From Octopus vulgaris (taxonomy: Eukaryota), in NCBI GenBank assembly GCA_951406725.2, contig OX597830.1:4154001-4218000 (forward strand): 64,000 nucleotides of DNA, read 5' to 3'. Within the stretch, counting starts at the first letter, position 1; each line of letters opens with the position of its first letter. Below are positions 1 through 13,542 of this stretch, piece by piece. A program made the translations under genes and the position numbers. Under the pieces are notes generated by a model. It did not search any database. It saw only the letters and a program-made list of their open reading frames with translations, and was not told the DNA's origin.

Positions 1-84
1 AACCACATGCTGACACCCTAACCACTAAGCCACGTGCCTCCATGTATATATATAATATGTGTGTGCATGCATGGAAGTGTGTGC

Positions 85-292
85 TTGTGTCTCCTTTTCT
101 TGACCTTGCATAATAGTTATAAATGATCCATATTTTCATATAAGCAATGTTGTTTATTTCCTATCTTCTGCGGAAACATTACGTTGCGGTTAAGGGTTGA
201 CAAAAAGGAAGGCATCTGTTTATAAAACAAAAAATCTACTTCAACATCTGACTCTTGTAAGCATGGAAAATGGATGTTAAAATGATGATGAT
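85..292 (+). mobile_element. Decayed RTE-type 3' tail (LINE end or RTE-dependent SINE)
   Basis: Ends in gcatggaaaatggatgttaaaatgatgatg, matching the RTE 3' termini at 22710-22760 and 61810-61857. Confidence 0.55.
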
Positions 293-1766
293 AACTTGTA
301 CCCATTCTTTGCTCTTTGAGGAAGACTCTCATATCAGGCATGGCAAGCAACCTTTCTCAAGTAGCAGGTCACGTGAGACATGCTCCTCATCAGGTGGGCT
401 GCACTACTAAACGATTTCAAGGTAATTTTTCATTAGTTGTGCCATTCAGAAATTCCTGTGGTCTGCAGTTTGGCCATAACTGCTTTACAAGATTGCACCA
501 CTAGTTAGAAATAGTAGCTAAATATTCCTCACTTATATCCCACCATCTTAGAAAAGAGGGTCACATTGGAAAATATTCTCCATTGTGCAATGTATCAATT
601 TATCTGAGATAATGATAGGATGGTCATGGCTGTAACCTCTTTTTTTATCACATGATCAGTGCTGACCTTGGATTAAACATCAACAACCTTTGCCCATTCA
701 CTACGACCTCTATTTTCATAAAATTGTCCACCTAATGCCCCCCAAAAACAACCCCTCTCAGATCTTCCTACCAAATAACAATCTTCCAGTATACCAAACT
801 GTCTGCCTACAGAGATATTCTATGTTCTACATACACAATATTCTTGGCAGCGAAAGTATTTTGTCTAAGACTCAAACCCAAAACAGACGAATAAGTAAAT
901 AATTCCATCCTGCAAGTTATATCTCCTTCGGTTGTTTGCACAACCAGAACCCACAATACTGCACTAATGAATAATTTAGGTACAAGGTGAACAATTGTTA
1001 TGGAAGGATTCATTTGATACCATTGACCTCAGTACTTGGCTGGTACTTCAGTTTATTGAGGATGAAAGGCACAGTTGACCCAGAAGGGTTTCAAATCAGA
1101 ACATAAAGAGAAATAAATTCCCCAATAAAAACAAAATTTGTTCACACAGCTATAAATGAATACTTCATTTTCAGGAAGTGATTTAGTGAATGTAAAAGGG
1201 TCATAACCCTATGAACATTTTGAGGGTCTCTGCAACTAGTGGGGAAAGGGAAGAAGTTATTCTCAGACAAGAGATCTGGTTTAATGTTTACGTTAAAGTG
1301 TACCCCACTAAAGGAACTCAAGGACCAGTGGTGGTGGTAGGGTAACTGGTTGCTAATACGTCTATCAATGTAACACCTACAAACCCAAAAACATACTTTT
1401 CAGATGTACAGTAACATTACTGCTGTTGCTAACACCACTACTACTGATGCTAACATTAATACAACTAATAATAATAATAGCAACAACAAGTTTGAGAAAA
1501 GTAAAAAGAGAAAAGAATATTGATACATTCTATTTATTTTTCTGTAGCCAAACATTTCCATTTATTTTGTTTTCAAAAAAAATAATAATAATCAGTTTCA
1601 AAACAAACAAAGCAAAACAAATTCTTTATTAGATTTCCATATAAATTTATATTAAATGTGAGAAAGTAATATTCCGTGTAAAGTTTAAAACTTGAGTTTG
1701 ATGTTTTTTGTCAGAAAGAAAAAAATTTCTCATCTTTTACCAGATCACATAATAGATAGATAAATA

Positions 1767-1803
<37 letters not shown>

Positions 1804-2834
1804 CGATATGCTGTGTTTATCTTTACTTCAATGGAACTGTTTTTCTTTTTTTTTAAGTAGACATTATTTATTACTGCCAGTTTATATAATTGTTATAATG
1901 AAATCCTTCCTTATAATCTCACAATAATTGTCTGTTACATTTATTGACCAAGAAACCACCAAGTGCAATTTGATATTTACTATGCACTTTGGCAAATAAA
2001 TTTTGTTAAATTCTTACTGTTTTATTGTTATTTACATAAAGAATAAAACACAACCAAAATAAGAATAATGCTAATAATGAGGAAAACTGATCGTTGTCTA
2101 AGTTTGAATATCTTTTCTTTTCTTCTTTTGTCATCATAAGAAATCTAATCTAAATGATTTTTCAAAGTAACATTATAGTTGCCCCTTATGACACAGATAA
2201 GAAGATTGTAACCCGCTCCACCCTCTGCACCTCCTGCATACACTCACACACTTACACGGCAGCTAAGTAAAAATCAGAATGAAGTACATCAAGAATCTAG
2301 TACAGATGCCGTCCTGTGCAAAGCAAAAGAGCAAAATACATTCATAAAAGCTGGCAGCTTGGTTCAGTCAGAATGACATATATACACGGATCACTTACTA
2401 TCAGCAATCCACAAATCAATAAATATATAAGATTTGTCAACATCCTAAGCTTTTAGATCCTCTAACTCTGTATTATGTGAACTAATATCCTTGTATTTAT
2501 CTGAGTTATGTTAGACAAGTGATTCAATGTGAAGCTAAAACCAGGAAATTTACCATATATTCTTTATATCAGTTAAGATAATGTTCTTACATCAGTCAAA
2601 CTATTTATATTAAAAATGTTCTCTTTCCTTCTCTCAACTGTTTACACATGATTAGTTTACTGTTTAATAACTAATTAATTAATATGTTGATACATCTGGA
2701 CCCCTGACTGTCAACAGGAGCATGGCTGTCTGGGTGGTGGTGGTATTTGCTTCACAACTATGATTTCAGGTTCGCTCCTACTGCATGGCACCTAGATTGA
2801 GGTTCACTCCTACTGTATGTCACCTGGATAAGTG

Positions 2835-3110
2835 TCTGCTGCTGCACTTCCAATATCTTCCACTCTCTTAGCATCTCGTGTGTTCTGCCCCATAAGCCAA
2901 TTACCATAAGTGCAATTGTCAGCTTTGTCTTCCACAATCTTGTCAGCCTCTCTGCTGTTAGGTCCTTATATTTCTTGATTTTCTTAATTTCCTCGGCATC
3001 CCCCCTATTACCATATAGTATGGCAATGTCTAGGATCTTTTTGTCTTTGTTTTTTCAACTATAAAATCATTTCTTCTTTTGCTTTAATCATATGGTTAGT
3101 GTTTAGTATT
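2835..3110 (-). mobile_element. Decayed RLE-type (R4/Dong-like) non-LTR retrotransposon fragment
   Basis: Minus-strand reading gives broken ...DIAI...EEIKKIKKYKDL... motifs like the endonuclease region at 7150-8000. Confidence 0.5.
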
Positions 3111-4202
3111 GTTGTTGATATATTTTGAGATATCTTTCGTAAATAATGTGCATAAAAAAATGAAGACAGCAAATGTTCTGAGTTAAAAATAGTATTTGGA
3201 ATCTTTCAAAAAGAATAGAAAAGTACCCAATGCCCGATGAGTAGCAAGGGGTTGGGGGAGTGGATTTTGTTTCATTATTTTATTTCTATATTTTTCATGC
3301 ATCACCTGTCATGGAAATATATCTTGGGATTGTGATATAGTCTGGAATCTGGTACTAAACTCCGTATCACCTTTCACAGAGATAACGATGTTGGTTTTGT
3401 TGAAAACAGCCATATATAAAGTAATTTTGAGCAGTTTTAATTAAGATATCACTGCAGTGTAATCTGACTGATTGGCTCTTCATTTCTGGCAGCAGATTGC
3501 AGTTGACAAATGAGTTTTCCTCTTGTTCAACCATTCAACTTCTGTTATTGAAGTGTGGTTGAAAAGTTCTAAACGCATCTTCCTGAATCACGTCTTAAAC
3601 CTCAAATTTTAACATTGACATTTACTCTATTAGCTTTCCAGTCCATTCTGTTTTATGTCTGAAATTCATAAACCATAAATGGAAATATAACTGGCCACAG
3701 CTTAGTATTCTTTCTCCTCATAGGCCTCGTCACCATCATTATTGGTATTTCAATATCCATTCTCATTGTGGAATAGTATGAATGGTTAATAATAAGATTC
3801 ACTATTTCCATTTGGTTTTATCTGTTGGAATGAGTGAATATATATTTTCCTTGCATTGAATTAAACACATTTATTTATTCTTTTACTCTGCAGAGAATTA
3901 TAACATCATGAATAGCAGACAAAATTTAAAGTAAGCCACAATGCAATGGTTTGACATCTGTTTAAACAACTATTTCAAATATGTGAGTTGCTGCAATGCT
4001 ATATTTTATATCCACTTAGGGGTCTTCTTGTCCAGTTTAATCTTCCACATGAATGGTGCCTAAAGACATACTTTATTCAATGCCGTTTTACACAAAATTA
4101 TTGCAATTATGGATTATATTATAAACTTTGCTTAAACGGATAAAGTTTTATTTTTAAAATTATAAAATTTCTCTTCTTTATTCATTGTTTACACGAAAAT
4201 AT

Positions 4203-4820
4203 GTGAAGGCAAGTGGTGTAGTGGTTAGGGTGTTTGGCACATGCTTGTAAGGGCATCAGTTTGATTGTCAGCTGTTTATTGTGTCCTTGAGCACGATACT
4301 TTATTTCACATTGCTCCAGTTCACTCAGCTGGCAAAAAATATTTTTAATTTCATCAAGTTTCAGCTCACGAGCTGTGGCCATGCTGGGGCACCGCCATTC
4401 GGTGTTGCTACATGATTTTACTTCACAAATGCTTTTTAGCAATTGACATTTGGTGCATGAGAGAGTTTGATGCAGCTGCCCTCATCTGCACCTCCTGCCG
4501 TGAAGTTGTTTTATCTGGGACATCTGACAGGAAGAGGTCCAGCTTTATTTTGAAGGCATCTGCATCCACCCCATGCAGGTCTCTCAGGTCCTTCGGGAGG
4601 ATATTGAAGAGCTGTGGACCTTTGAAGCCCAGGCTATGTAGGACCTGTACTTCAAAGGGCCAGCCTTGATGCATTCTGTATCATGTTGAATCTCCCTGAG
4701 AAATACATCAACAGTACGTGTGTCCGTGGAGCACGCAGCCACTTGCATGTTAGTGTTTCAAGTGAGCTGTTCTGTTGATTGAATCAACTGGAACACTCGT
4801 TGCCATAACTAAAGGAGTGC
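4203..4820 (+). mobile_element. tRNA-derived SINE (family 3-like head) interrupted by a LINE fragment
   Basis: gtggtgtagtggttagg head and ttgagcacgatactttatttcacattgctccagttcactcagctg core shared with the 13762, 15094 and 15988 copies. Confidence 0.55.
4360..4690 (-). mobile_element. CR1-group LINE ORF2 C-terminal fragment
   Basis: ORF 4423..4674 SLGFKGPQLFNILPKDLRDLHGVDADAFKIKLDLFLSDVPD resembles the CR1-group ORF2 C-terminus (GPxLFNxLP...FKxKLDxFL). Confidence 0.75.
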
Positions 4821-5085
4821 CAGTTGCACAAACTTGCATTATCCTAATTTTATTTGAAAAGAAAATCAATGCATTGGGATCATTAGGACATTGGACAAAA
4901 TGCTTTGTGGTACTGGGTTACAGCTCCTGGCATTTTCATTTTAAATTTCACCGGGATCTACTTTGCCTTCAACCCCTCTAGGGTCAATAAGATACTGGGA
5001 CCGTTGGTATCAACAAACTCCTCCTCTCAAAATTATTATTATTATCATCATCATCATCATCAATATTATTATCCTCATCATCATC

Positions 5086-5310
5086 AAGGCGGCAAATTGG
5101 CAGAATTGCTAGCATACTGGCCAAAACAGTTAGTGGCATTTCCTTCTTTATGTTCTGAGTTCAAATACCACTTCACTTCAATTTACCTTTCACCTTTGGG
5201 GGTTGGGTCGATAAAATAGGTACCAGTTGAAAACGGGGGGGGGGGATCGATGTTATTGACTTACCTCTGCCTCTAAAATAGTTGACCTTTTGTCAAAATT
5301 TGAAAGAATT
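5086..5310 (+). mobile_element. tRNA-derived SINE family 2 (Nin/Deu-domain-like)
   Basis: aaggcggcaaattggcagaa head, gttctgagttcaaat B-box, cctttcacctttggggg...gataaaataggtaccag core. Confidence 0.65.
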
Positions 5311-5939
5311 ATTTATTATCATTACTATTAGTAGTAGTAGAGATGGTGGTGGTGGTGGTGGTGGTAGTATTATCAACAGGCAGAATTGGTAGATTCAAAT
5401 TATTCTTGGATCAAACTTGCTTCTTGTCCTTTTTTTTTTTTTTGTTGATAAAATTAAGAACCAGTCAAATCCAGATTGATTCTTTTATACTTACTGTTTC
5501 CATACGAAATCCTTGTTCTTATTAATTTAAGATACTTCTCCATCTCAATAAACTCCATTGAACAAAACATGAATGTCATTTAACAGAGCAGGATTTAAAA
5601 TGTCCAACGAAGAGAGAAGAACAGTTTCAATAGAGAACTGCACCTTATTTACTCTTGATTTCTAGTTAAAGAGATTCTAATAAATAAATAGCAAAAAAAA
5701 AAAAAGGTAGGCTTCAACGACGCCTTCTTTACATAACTGCCATTAAAGTATTTTTCCGCACAGTTTATCCCAATGACTTGGTTCCCTTTTGCAAAGTGTC
5801 CAAGCATTGTTACCTGAACATGCAATTGTGTCGAGGTAGAACCTGATATCTTTTCTTTCATCGTTGGTATATTTATTAAGAACAAATGTGTACCAAGCTG
5901 TAATGAATTGAAATAATAATAATAATAATAATTATAACA

Positions 5940-6258
5940 TGTGTGTTGAAAAGAATTCTTAGAGGTTTGGATAATTCACCTTTGGAAACGTGGGTGGTTC
6001 ATTCAACATCCTTAAACAATCCTTATTCAGGGACCTTTTGAGTGGGATGGGCTCCTTGACCTGAAGAAATTTCGAACTGGACCCCACCTGCAAGGCCATG
6101 CACTGTTCATCTTGATATGAGATCACCATGCCGCGCACATATGGTTGTGATGCATGTGCTTGATGTACCCTTATCAAACGGGTAGTCATGATGGGTATAC
6201 TGGGCTTCGTATATTTTACCCCAGTGTCACTTTGATGGCATGCACTGCTCTCTCACTC

Positions 6259-6293
<35 letters not shown>

Positions 6294-6310
6294 TAATAAT
6301 AATAATATGT
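5940..6310 (+). mobile_element. Retroposon 3' end with (TAA)n tail
   Basis: Homologous to 36715-37060; ends cactgctctctcactc followed by (aat)n and is flanked by (TAA)n. Confidence 0.65.
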
Positions 6311-7149
6311 CCTGATGCAGTACCAGACAGTGGCTCTCTTGCCTTCTGATCACAACTGAATGGAAGTGCTATCATTGTTTTGTCTTGGTATAAAAGATGG
6401 GCTACAGAAAATATTGGATACAAGTTTACACATCAGGGTTTAAGCTTGAATTTCTTCAATTTTTGAAATTTGAATACAAAAGATATAACTTCGAAAATGG
6501 GAAAATGAGAAAATGTCTTTAATTTTCAGTTATTATTTCTAACATTTTATTATGATAATTATTATCGTCTTTTCTCAGTCAAATGCATGTCTGAGCCCCT
6601 CCCATCGAATTGTAATCTGTCTTTGTAATATCACCTTCATCCGACAATCCTTTTGCAAAAGAAAAGAAATCATTGTTGTCATCGTTATTATTGAAGGTAG
6701 CCTGTTAGCAGAACTATTTGAGCATTGGAAAATGGTTAGTTAGCTTAGCCGTGTTCCATACTAACATGGGTTGGATCGTTTAAAAGAATCTGGCTGGTCC
6801 AAAGACTGTATCATACTCCAATGTCTGCTGTGACTTGGTCTCTACAGCCTGACACCATTCCTAATGCCAACCACTTCACAGTGTGCACTTGGTGGTGCTT
6901 TTTTCATGACACCTGTACTAGTGAGGCTGCCATGCCGCTCACAAGATGACAAACTTAGAGGGAGGTGCCTTTTGCTAGCCGATGACAGGTTACAGTATGA
7001 GGGGGGTTAGGGAGAGCGTAGAGCAGGTTCTTGTTGACAAAGTGCATGGCTGCTCATGTTTTGTAGGGGTGGAAGAGAATTATCATTAGGAACTACAAAA
7101 AGATAGACAGTGGGAATGCTGTGCCCAGATAACAGCATGAGATGAGTAG

Positions 7150-8000
7150 GGGTGGGGAGATTGTTCAAAAGATGTTACATTCTCATTTTATTTGCATACA
7201 TGTTATCTTGAGGTTTGGTGACAACAAATCTCTTCAGATCTCAAAACTCTTCCTTAGGATTCTTGCCCAATACACGATGGTACTTTGTACAGCTCAACAA
7301 TGCATTTTGCAACTCCAGTATCCTTCAGCCCCTTAGGTAGCAGCTTAGGTGTTTTGCTAAGTGCACCAATTACTTCAGGAACAATTTTTACCTTTGTGTT
7401 CTACAGCATTTTCATCTCTCTGGCTAAATCTTATTAATTCTTAATTTTCTCTTTTGCACCCACTCTACTCTCAAATGGAATTGAAATATGAATGATCTTA
7501 CATTGCTTTCTTTTCAAATCCTTTTTGATCAAATCTGGTCTCTTCACTTCAAAACTATTGTCAGTCTCATTGGAGATATCCTACAAAATCTTGTACTTAT
7601 CATCCACCATCTGGCTCCTTCTCATACCACTTTTCCATTCCAATGTGCTCTTTCACTTACATTGTCATACTTGTGCTTACACTCTTTCTCTGATAGCTTA
7701 TTGCATTCGTTTAGAAGATGGTTAGTATTTTCACCCACTTTTCGACAGATTCCCCTTTTGCTCTGTGACTAAGTTTTTTATCAATCTTTGTCCATATCAA
7801 ATTCATTCCAATAGCTCGTTTCTGAGCACCCAAAACCAGACATTCTGTTTTTTGTTTCATGTTTTCAGCTGGCAACCTCAACCAGAGTTCTTTACTTCTA
7901 GCATCCTCCTCAGTTTGTTGCATGAGACATGGGATTCCGCCTCTTTCTATCTATTTGTTCTGTTATTTTTTCTTTTCATAAATTCTCTCACTGTTTCAAT
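7150..8000 (-). mobile_element. R4/Dong-like (RLE endonuclease) LINE, decayed 3' part of ORF
   Basis: ORF 7711..7923 ELWL...KQKTECLVLGAQKRAIGMNLIWTKIDK; downstream ETDNSFEVKRPDLIKKDLKRKQCKIIHISIP...DLAREMK is the RPD..D..P restriction-like endonuclease region with stops. Confidence 0.75.
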
Positions 8001-9175
8001 GACTACTTATACTTTGATAAATGTAATTATTTTGATATCTTAGGATTTACCCCCAATAATTTGGACGATAGAGATTGGTAAAATCAAGCTTCAAATTCAA
8101 AGTGTACTTTATCATTAATTTTAAGTTTGAGAGTCTAATAACTTGTTTTCTTTTAGCTTAGTAATTTCATTGGCAAGTTTTATCAATGATTTTCAATTTG
8201 GAAGAACTGTTTGTTTATTCCAATGTTTTGCATCTGTGTTTGTGAGAAACATAATGACAATTTAATGTAATCAACTAGAAATAAAATTATTTGTAACTCA
8301 TGTACATACAGACAAGTTGTATTCAAATTTTGTTTAACAAAACAACTCAAGGAAAAAGATATATCCATTGCAGTTATCATTTAATAACTTGAAATTTTGA
8401 AATGTAGAAATGAATCCATTATAGAAATTCCAAAGAAAAGAATCCGAAGAAAAGAAAATTTAATAAAAAAATTCAATTTCCTGCTACTTTTTGAAATATC
8501 AACGTTTTTAACATATCTTTCAGAGAGAGAGGGGGAGAGGGAGAGAAGGAAGGGGAAAGAGAGATTGTGAATAAGGAAAAACACATTTTTGGGAATATTT
8601 TTACTTTTTCCCTGTAACTAAAATATATTTGACACATTGCATTTGAAGCATGAAATCTCTGTAATTCAATTTAAATATTTAATGAATACATCCAGTTAAT
8701 GTTACCTGCAATAAGTGCAGCTTGATCAAAGGATATCGTTATGTATATTGAAGGCCTTGTTGTTAGAAATTGTATCAGGAGAGCTTTTGCATACATTGAA
8801 AAAATATCATTGTTAAATTAATAGATGTTTGAAACAGTTTTTGGATTTACTGAAATAACACAATTATAATGCTAAAAACATCACATTCCTCTCAAATAAA
8901 CAATGAATTTGTTGATTGTGATCTTTTTCATATTTTTTTCAAGGGTTTTTTTTTTTAACATGAAGAGAAAATGTTCATTAATAATACCATTTGAATCTAA
9001 ACTGATATCAACCTCATAGTAAATATTGATCTGTTGATTTTTATATACTTAGTGTTATTATTGTTGTTGTTTTACTCTAACTCAGAGTTGATCTAACCAC
9101 AAATCTATGACTCGAAGCCTTGTTCATTTGAGAAAAAGAAAGGCATATGGCATAATGTTGTTCTAAATTTTTTAA

Positions 9176-9380
9176 CCTTTTTGCATTCAGATTATTCTGT
9201 ACAAATGTAATGCTTATTTATTCACATTGTTTTGAATTCATCAAGCATTATCTCACAGCTTTGTAATTTTATTTCTCAAATGATATTGTAGAGTAGATGT
9301 AGGCAGCCAGATCTGACTGGTCCGAGCATAAAGGGAAAAGAATATTTGGGCCAAATATGGCCGGTTTAAATGCTAAAAGA
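9176..9380. mobile_element. piggyBac-like MITE (decayed)
   Basis: ttaa|cctttttgcatt ... aatgctaaaaga|ttga: short TIRs with TTAA-like target sites, about 205 bp. Confidence 0.5.
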
Positions 9381-11651
9381 TTGAAATGACTGCATGGTCC
9401 TGGTAGAAATGTCTTTTAATCAGAGCCAATCTCACCCTAAATAACACCCTTTATTATTTTGTTGCCAAACACTAAACAGACAATAATGGAACTTAGTATA
9501 AACAAATTTATTTTATTAGTAAATGGAACATTGTTCAAAATATTTGTTAAAAGTTTCTTCAAACCTAATTAAAAATTTCAATAGCAATAATGATTGAAGC
9601 AGCTTTTTACATCATCAGGCAAATCCTTAGCATCAAGATTACAGTATGTCACCAACAGGGTGTAAAGCAATACTGAAGATCTTTATGTGGAGTAGTCGCC
9701 AGAAATAACAGCCAAATATCCCTCAAGTCACTCTACTTTTTAAAAAATGGATAAGAGTTTGCATTAAGTAGTCCTGCAAACAAAAGACATCAGTGGTCAT
9801 GGTTGGAACATCTATGATCAGACTGTCAAAACCAGTTTCTCTTTTACCCTCAGCATTATTACAATCATTTTAAAATTCAGTTTTCCATGCTTGCACAGGT
9901 CAGACAGAATTCAGTCAGGTAGGTGTTTTTTGTCCACATGCTCTTCTTCCTACTAGCTCTTACCTATTCCCAAATAAGGTAATATTTCTCCATGTCTGGA
10001 CATGTTTTCACAAAAGACTGAAAACAGTTTTCATCAACTAAATCTACTTACAAGGCCTATTTGACCTGGGGTGGGGGGTACAGTGGAAGATGTTGCTCAG
10101 AGTGTGGAACTGAACTTGAAACCACATAATTGAGAAACAAACATCTAAACTAAACAGCCATGTCTATGATTCACCACCAATCAGATATTTCAAGTTAATA
10201 TCAACTATGTCGTTATAAGCTCTGCTGTATAAATAACTAAACTTATATGAAGCACTGATTAAAAGTTTAATCCAAATTTAATGTAATAGTTTTTTTCTAA
10301 ATATGATTGTCCTCAGATTAATATTATTACAAACATTCTTCAGCTTGACATTTACAATCTAACTAATATGATCCATTTTATGCAAGAAATTAAACATAAA
10401 ATTGCCTAAAATATTCAGAATATAATCTATAAGAAATAAGCAATATTATATAAAATAATAAAAATTATACTTCATACTTAATGTTTAAAATTTCATATCA
10501 CTTCAAGCTATGAGCAGAAACATTTTTCCATCTATCAAGATACATTGATTTCGTTACAAAATCCAAAACACTATTCAATTCATGAATTTTATTCTTTTAG
10601 TTCTTTTTTTTTTAAATTTTGTGAAACTATAACTTTTATTTTATTATAATAACTGAAATAGGTTCTATGTAAAGAGTATTTTTAAAATGATGTTATAGTG
10701 ATAGCAACGATACTTTGATCAAAACGTTCAAGTTTGGTTGGTTACCAAACTTTTAAAATGACATAAAAAGTTGTAATATATTTTCAAATAATATGTTTAA
10801 ACATTTCTATGTTATTGCCACCATTTGAAGGACACTAAACACTCTTTTATATTCCTCTTCATCAACCTCCACCTAAATCAAACACTCTATAAGGTTTGTT
10901 CTTCCTTACATTCTAAAGCTTATAGAATTGAAATGATGTTATTGCAGTTGTCAGGTGGTGAGTTAGCAGAACCATTTGAATGCCAGAAAAATACTTTACA
11001 TTCAGAGTTCAAATTCAACAACAGTCAATTTCATCAGTCATTCTTTCAGGGGTCAATAAAAGATAAGGCAGAGTCAATGATTAGATTTGATGAAATTGAC
11101 CAAACCTGCTCACCTCAAATTTGCTGACCTAAATCAGAAGCTACAATATTAGTTTGTTATGATTTGTTGTTACAAACATTAAAGAAGTAACTTCAACTCA
11201 GTCAAACTGTAAGAAATGGTTTCCAAAATTCTCTTCTGTTCTATTTTATCATCTCAAAAAAAGTGTGTACGATATCAGGTAATGAAGTTGTAGATACATG
11301 ATACCTGGAAAAGATGGTTTCAATAAAAATGAAACAACTCTTATCATAGATCTGCTCAGTAAACAACACCAATATGATCACAATAACATCATGAGAATAT
11401 ACAATGTCAGACATTCTTATTGATTACAAATGAGTTTGTCAATGCCAGAGGATAGAATATTCAGGTACCAAGCACTGAATGAACCCTCATTATTTTAAAC
11501 AGAGATGTTATTTAAAAGGACAGCTTTAATCACTCACAATACATCCATGCTACAAATCTTGGCAAATTAGCAGTAATAGAGTTACTAATGGCACTAGTTT
11601 ATTTATACAGTAATATAGAAATAACATAATACTGTAGTAAAATAGTACATG

Positions 11652-11684
<33 letters not shown>

Positions 11685-11713
11685 CAAAAGAAAAACATGA
11701 TGCAAAGGATTTA

Positions 11714-11801
11714 GTGGTACATATGTTTCTGGCCTTTATTAGACAGTTTATATCAATGCATAATTGATGTAATATGTATGTCAATAGCCTTCTTCAGCCG
11801 T
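11714..11801 (-). ncRNA. Type I hammerhead ribozyme motif (inverted copy)
   Basis: Reverse complement reads cggCTGAAGA-aggc...gcca-GAAAC-atat-GTA-ccac; stem I is weakened relative to the plus copy. Confidence 0.55.
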
Positions 11802-12069
11802 GCACAATTACTACGTCAAGGACATGTATTACATTATAAGTTCGGGCGATTTACGTTGGGGATGCAAATCCTCATAGTCGTGTACAACAGAGCGAGGCAC
11901 CAAAATAAAAACAAACATTCTACATCGAGTGAAAAACGGGATGGACGCTTTGTTTTTGTTTTGGTGCCTCGCTCTGTTGTACACAACTATGAGGATTTGC
12001 ATTCCCAAAGTAAATCGTCTTTTTACCAAACTTATAATGTAATACATGTCCTTGGAGTAGTAATTGTGT

Positions 12070-12157
12070 GTGGCTGAAGAAGGCTACTGACATACATATT
12101 ACATCAATTATGCATTGATATAAACTGTCTAATAAAGGCCAGAAACATATGTACCAC
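12070..12157 (+). ncRNA. Type I hammerhead ribozyme motif with long stem II
   Basis: gtgg-CTGAAGA-[61 nt: ggc/gcc, gaca/tgtc, atcaat/attgat]-GAAAC-atat-GTA-ccac; palindromic stem III acatatgt; predicted cleavage after 12153. Confidence 0.7.
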
Positions 12158-12355
12158 TAAATCCTTTGCATCATGTTTTTATTTTGATAAATATACCCTA
12201 TCACCTACACCACTAACTGGCATATACAAGTGCTTACAATTATCAAGTATTCACCCTGAAATTTTATATATATATATATATATATCTTGGTATAGTAACT
12301 ACTAGCATTGCAATCTTTTTTATGATTAACCCTTGTTTATGAGCATAAATTGACA

Positions 12356-12755
12356 TGTCTGAGTGGCAAGAAGCTTGCTTCCCAACCGCATAGTTCTGTG
12401 TTCAGTCTCACTGTGTGACAGCTTGGGCAATTGTCTTCTATAACCCTGGGCCAACCAGAGCTTTGTGAGTGGATTTCATAGATGGAAACTGAAAGAAGCC
12501 CTTTGTATGTAAATATGTGTGTGTGTATGTGTGTTTGTCTTTATGGGGGTGTTTTTTTCCCACCACCACTTGACGACAGGTATTGGTGTGTTTACATCCC
12601 CATAACTTTGCAGTTTGGCAAAAGACTGATAAAATAAGTGCTAGGCTTTTAAAAAACATAATTTCTGGGGTCAATTCATTCAACTAAAAGTCTTCAAGGT
12701 GGTACTCCAGCATGGCCATTGTCTAATGATTAAAGCAAATAACAGATAAAAGATA
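12356..12755 (+). mobile_element. tRNA-derived SINE family 1 (octopus OK/OR-like)
   Basis: gttctgtgttcagtc B-box, gatggaaactgaaagaagccc core, ggtactccagcatggcc 3' part; homologous to 40418-40835. Confidence 0.75.
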
Positions 12756-13444
12756 ATTGGAGGAAATGTTTTCTGAGATAATAATCCATGTCAGCTTACC
12801 AAATCTCGATGTATCTACAAACCCCTTTGAAGTCTAACTTAGGGGTTTGTGTGAGGGCTCAGAGTCCTAATTCATTTATCTTCTCCTCATTTGCTTTGCA
12901 AACTAAATGCAATCTAATGTTCATATCCAGTTTCATGAGGCATCCACACACACACACACACACACACATTGTCTGTCTGTCTCTCTCTCTCTCTCTTTGT
13001 CTTTCTGATACACATATTCACATGAGCTCATACAAAACAATTTTAATTCATATAAATGATATTCTTAATCCCTAAGGCATGCACAGTGACAGAACTGGCA
13101 GCCAGCGTTCTGACTTTATGGTAACTGAAACACAAATGGAAACAAGAGACATCAACAACAGCAGATGAATACGAAAACACCTGGCACAAGTTGCCTCAGA
13201 GGCCTTACCAATGTTTTGCTTACTGTTCACCTTCTCTCAAAGACTATTGAACTCAAGATGGTCGTTTTGTGACATACTGCAATTACAGTTGTTTGCATCA
13301 TTTACAGCAAAATCAGAAACTATTAGCAGACATATTCTTAACATGTCTAGTTAGGCTCAGGTGCAAAATGTGCTGAGCACTGTTGTGTATGTCTCAGGAG
13401 AATAACTTTTCTCTTTTAGCTGTTAGACAACTATCTATATACAT

Positions 13445-13466
13445 TATACATACATACATACATACA

Positions 13467-13533
<67 letters not shown>
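13445..13533. repeat. (TACA)n-(TA)n compound microsatellite
   Basis: Direct reading. Confidence 0.95.

Positions 13534-13542
<9 letters not shown>

Larger units (their letters stand above)
11682..12265. mobile_element. (TA)n-flanked foldback element with inverted arms of about 235 bp; putative Penelope-like pLTR or retrozyme remnant
   Basis: 11682-11915 is the reverse complement of 11949-12189 with few mismatches and one short indel; 33-nt spacer; the right copy continues to (TA)n at 12265; each arm carries an HHR motif. Confidence 0.8.

Noticed and set aside
3300-3660. Minus-strand Cys-containing frame ending HRYLCER
   Set aside because: Multiple stops and no recognisable domain
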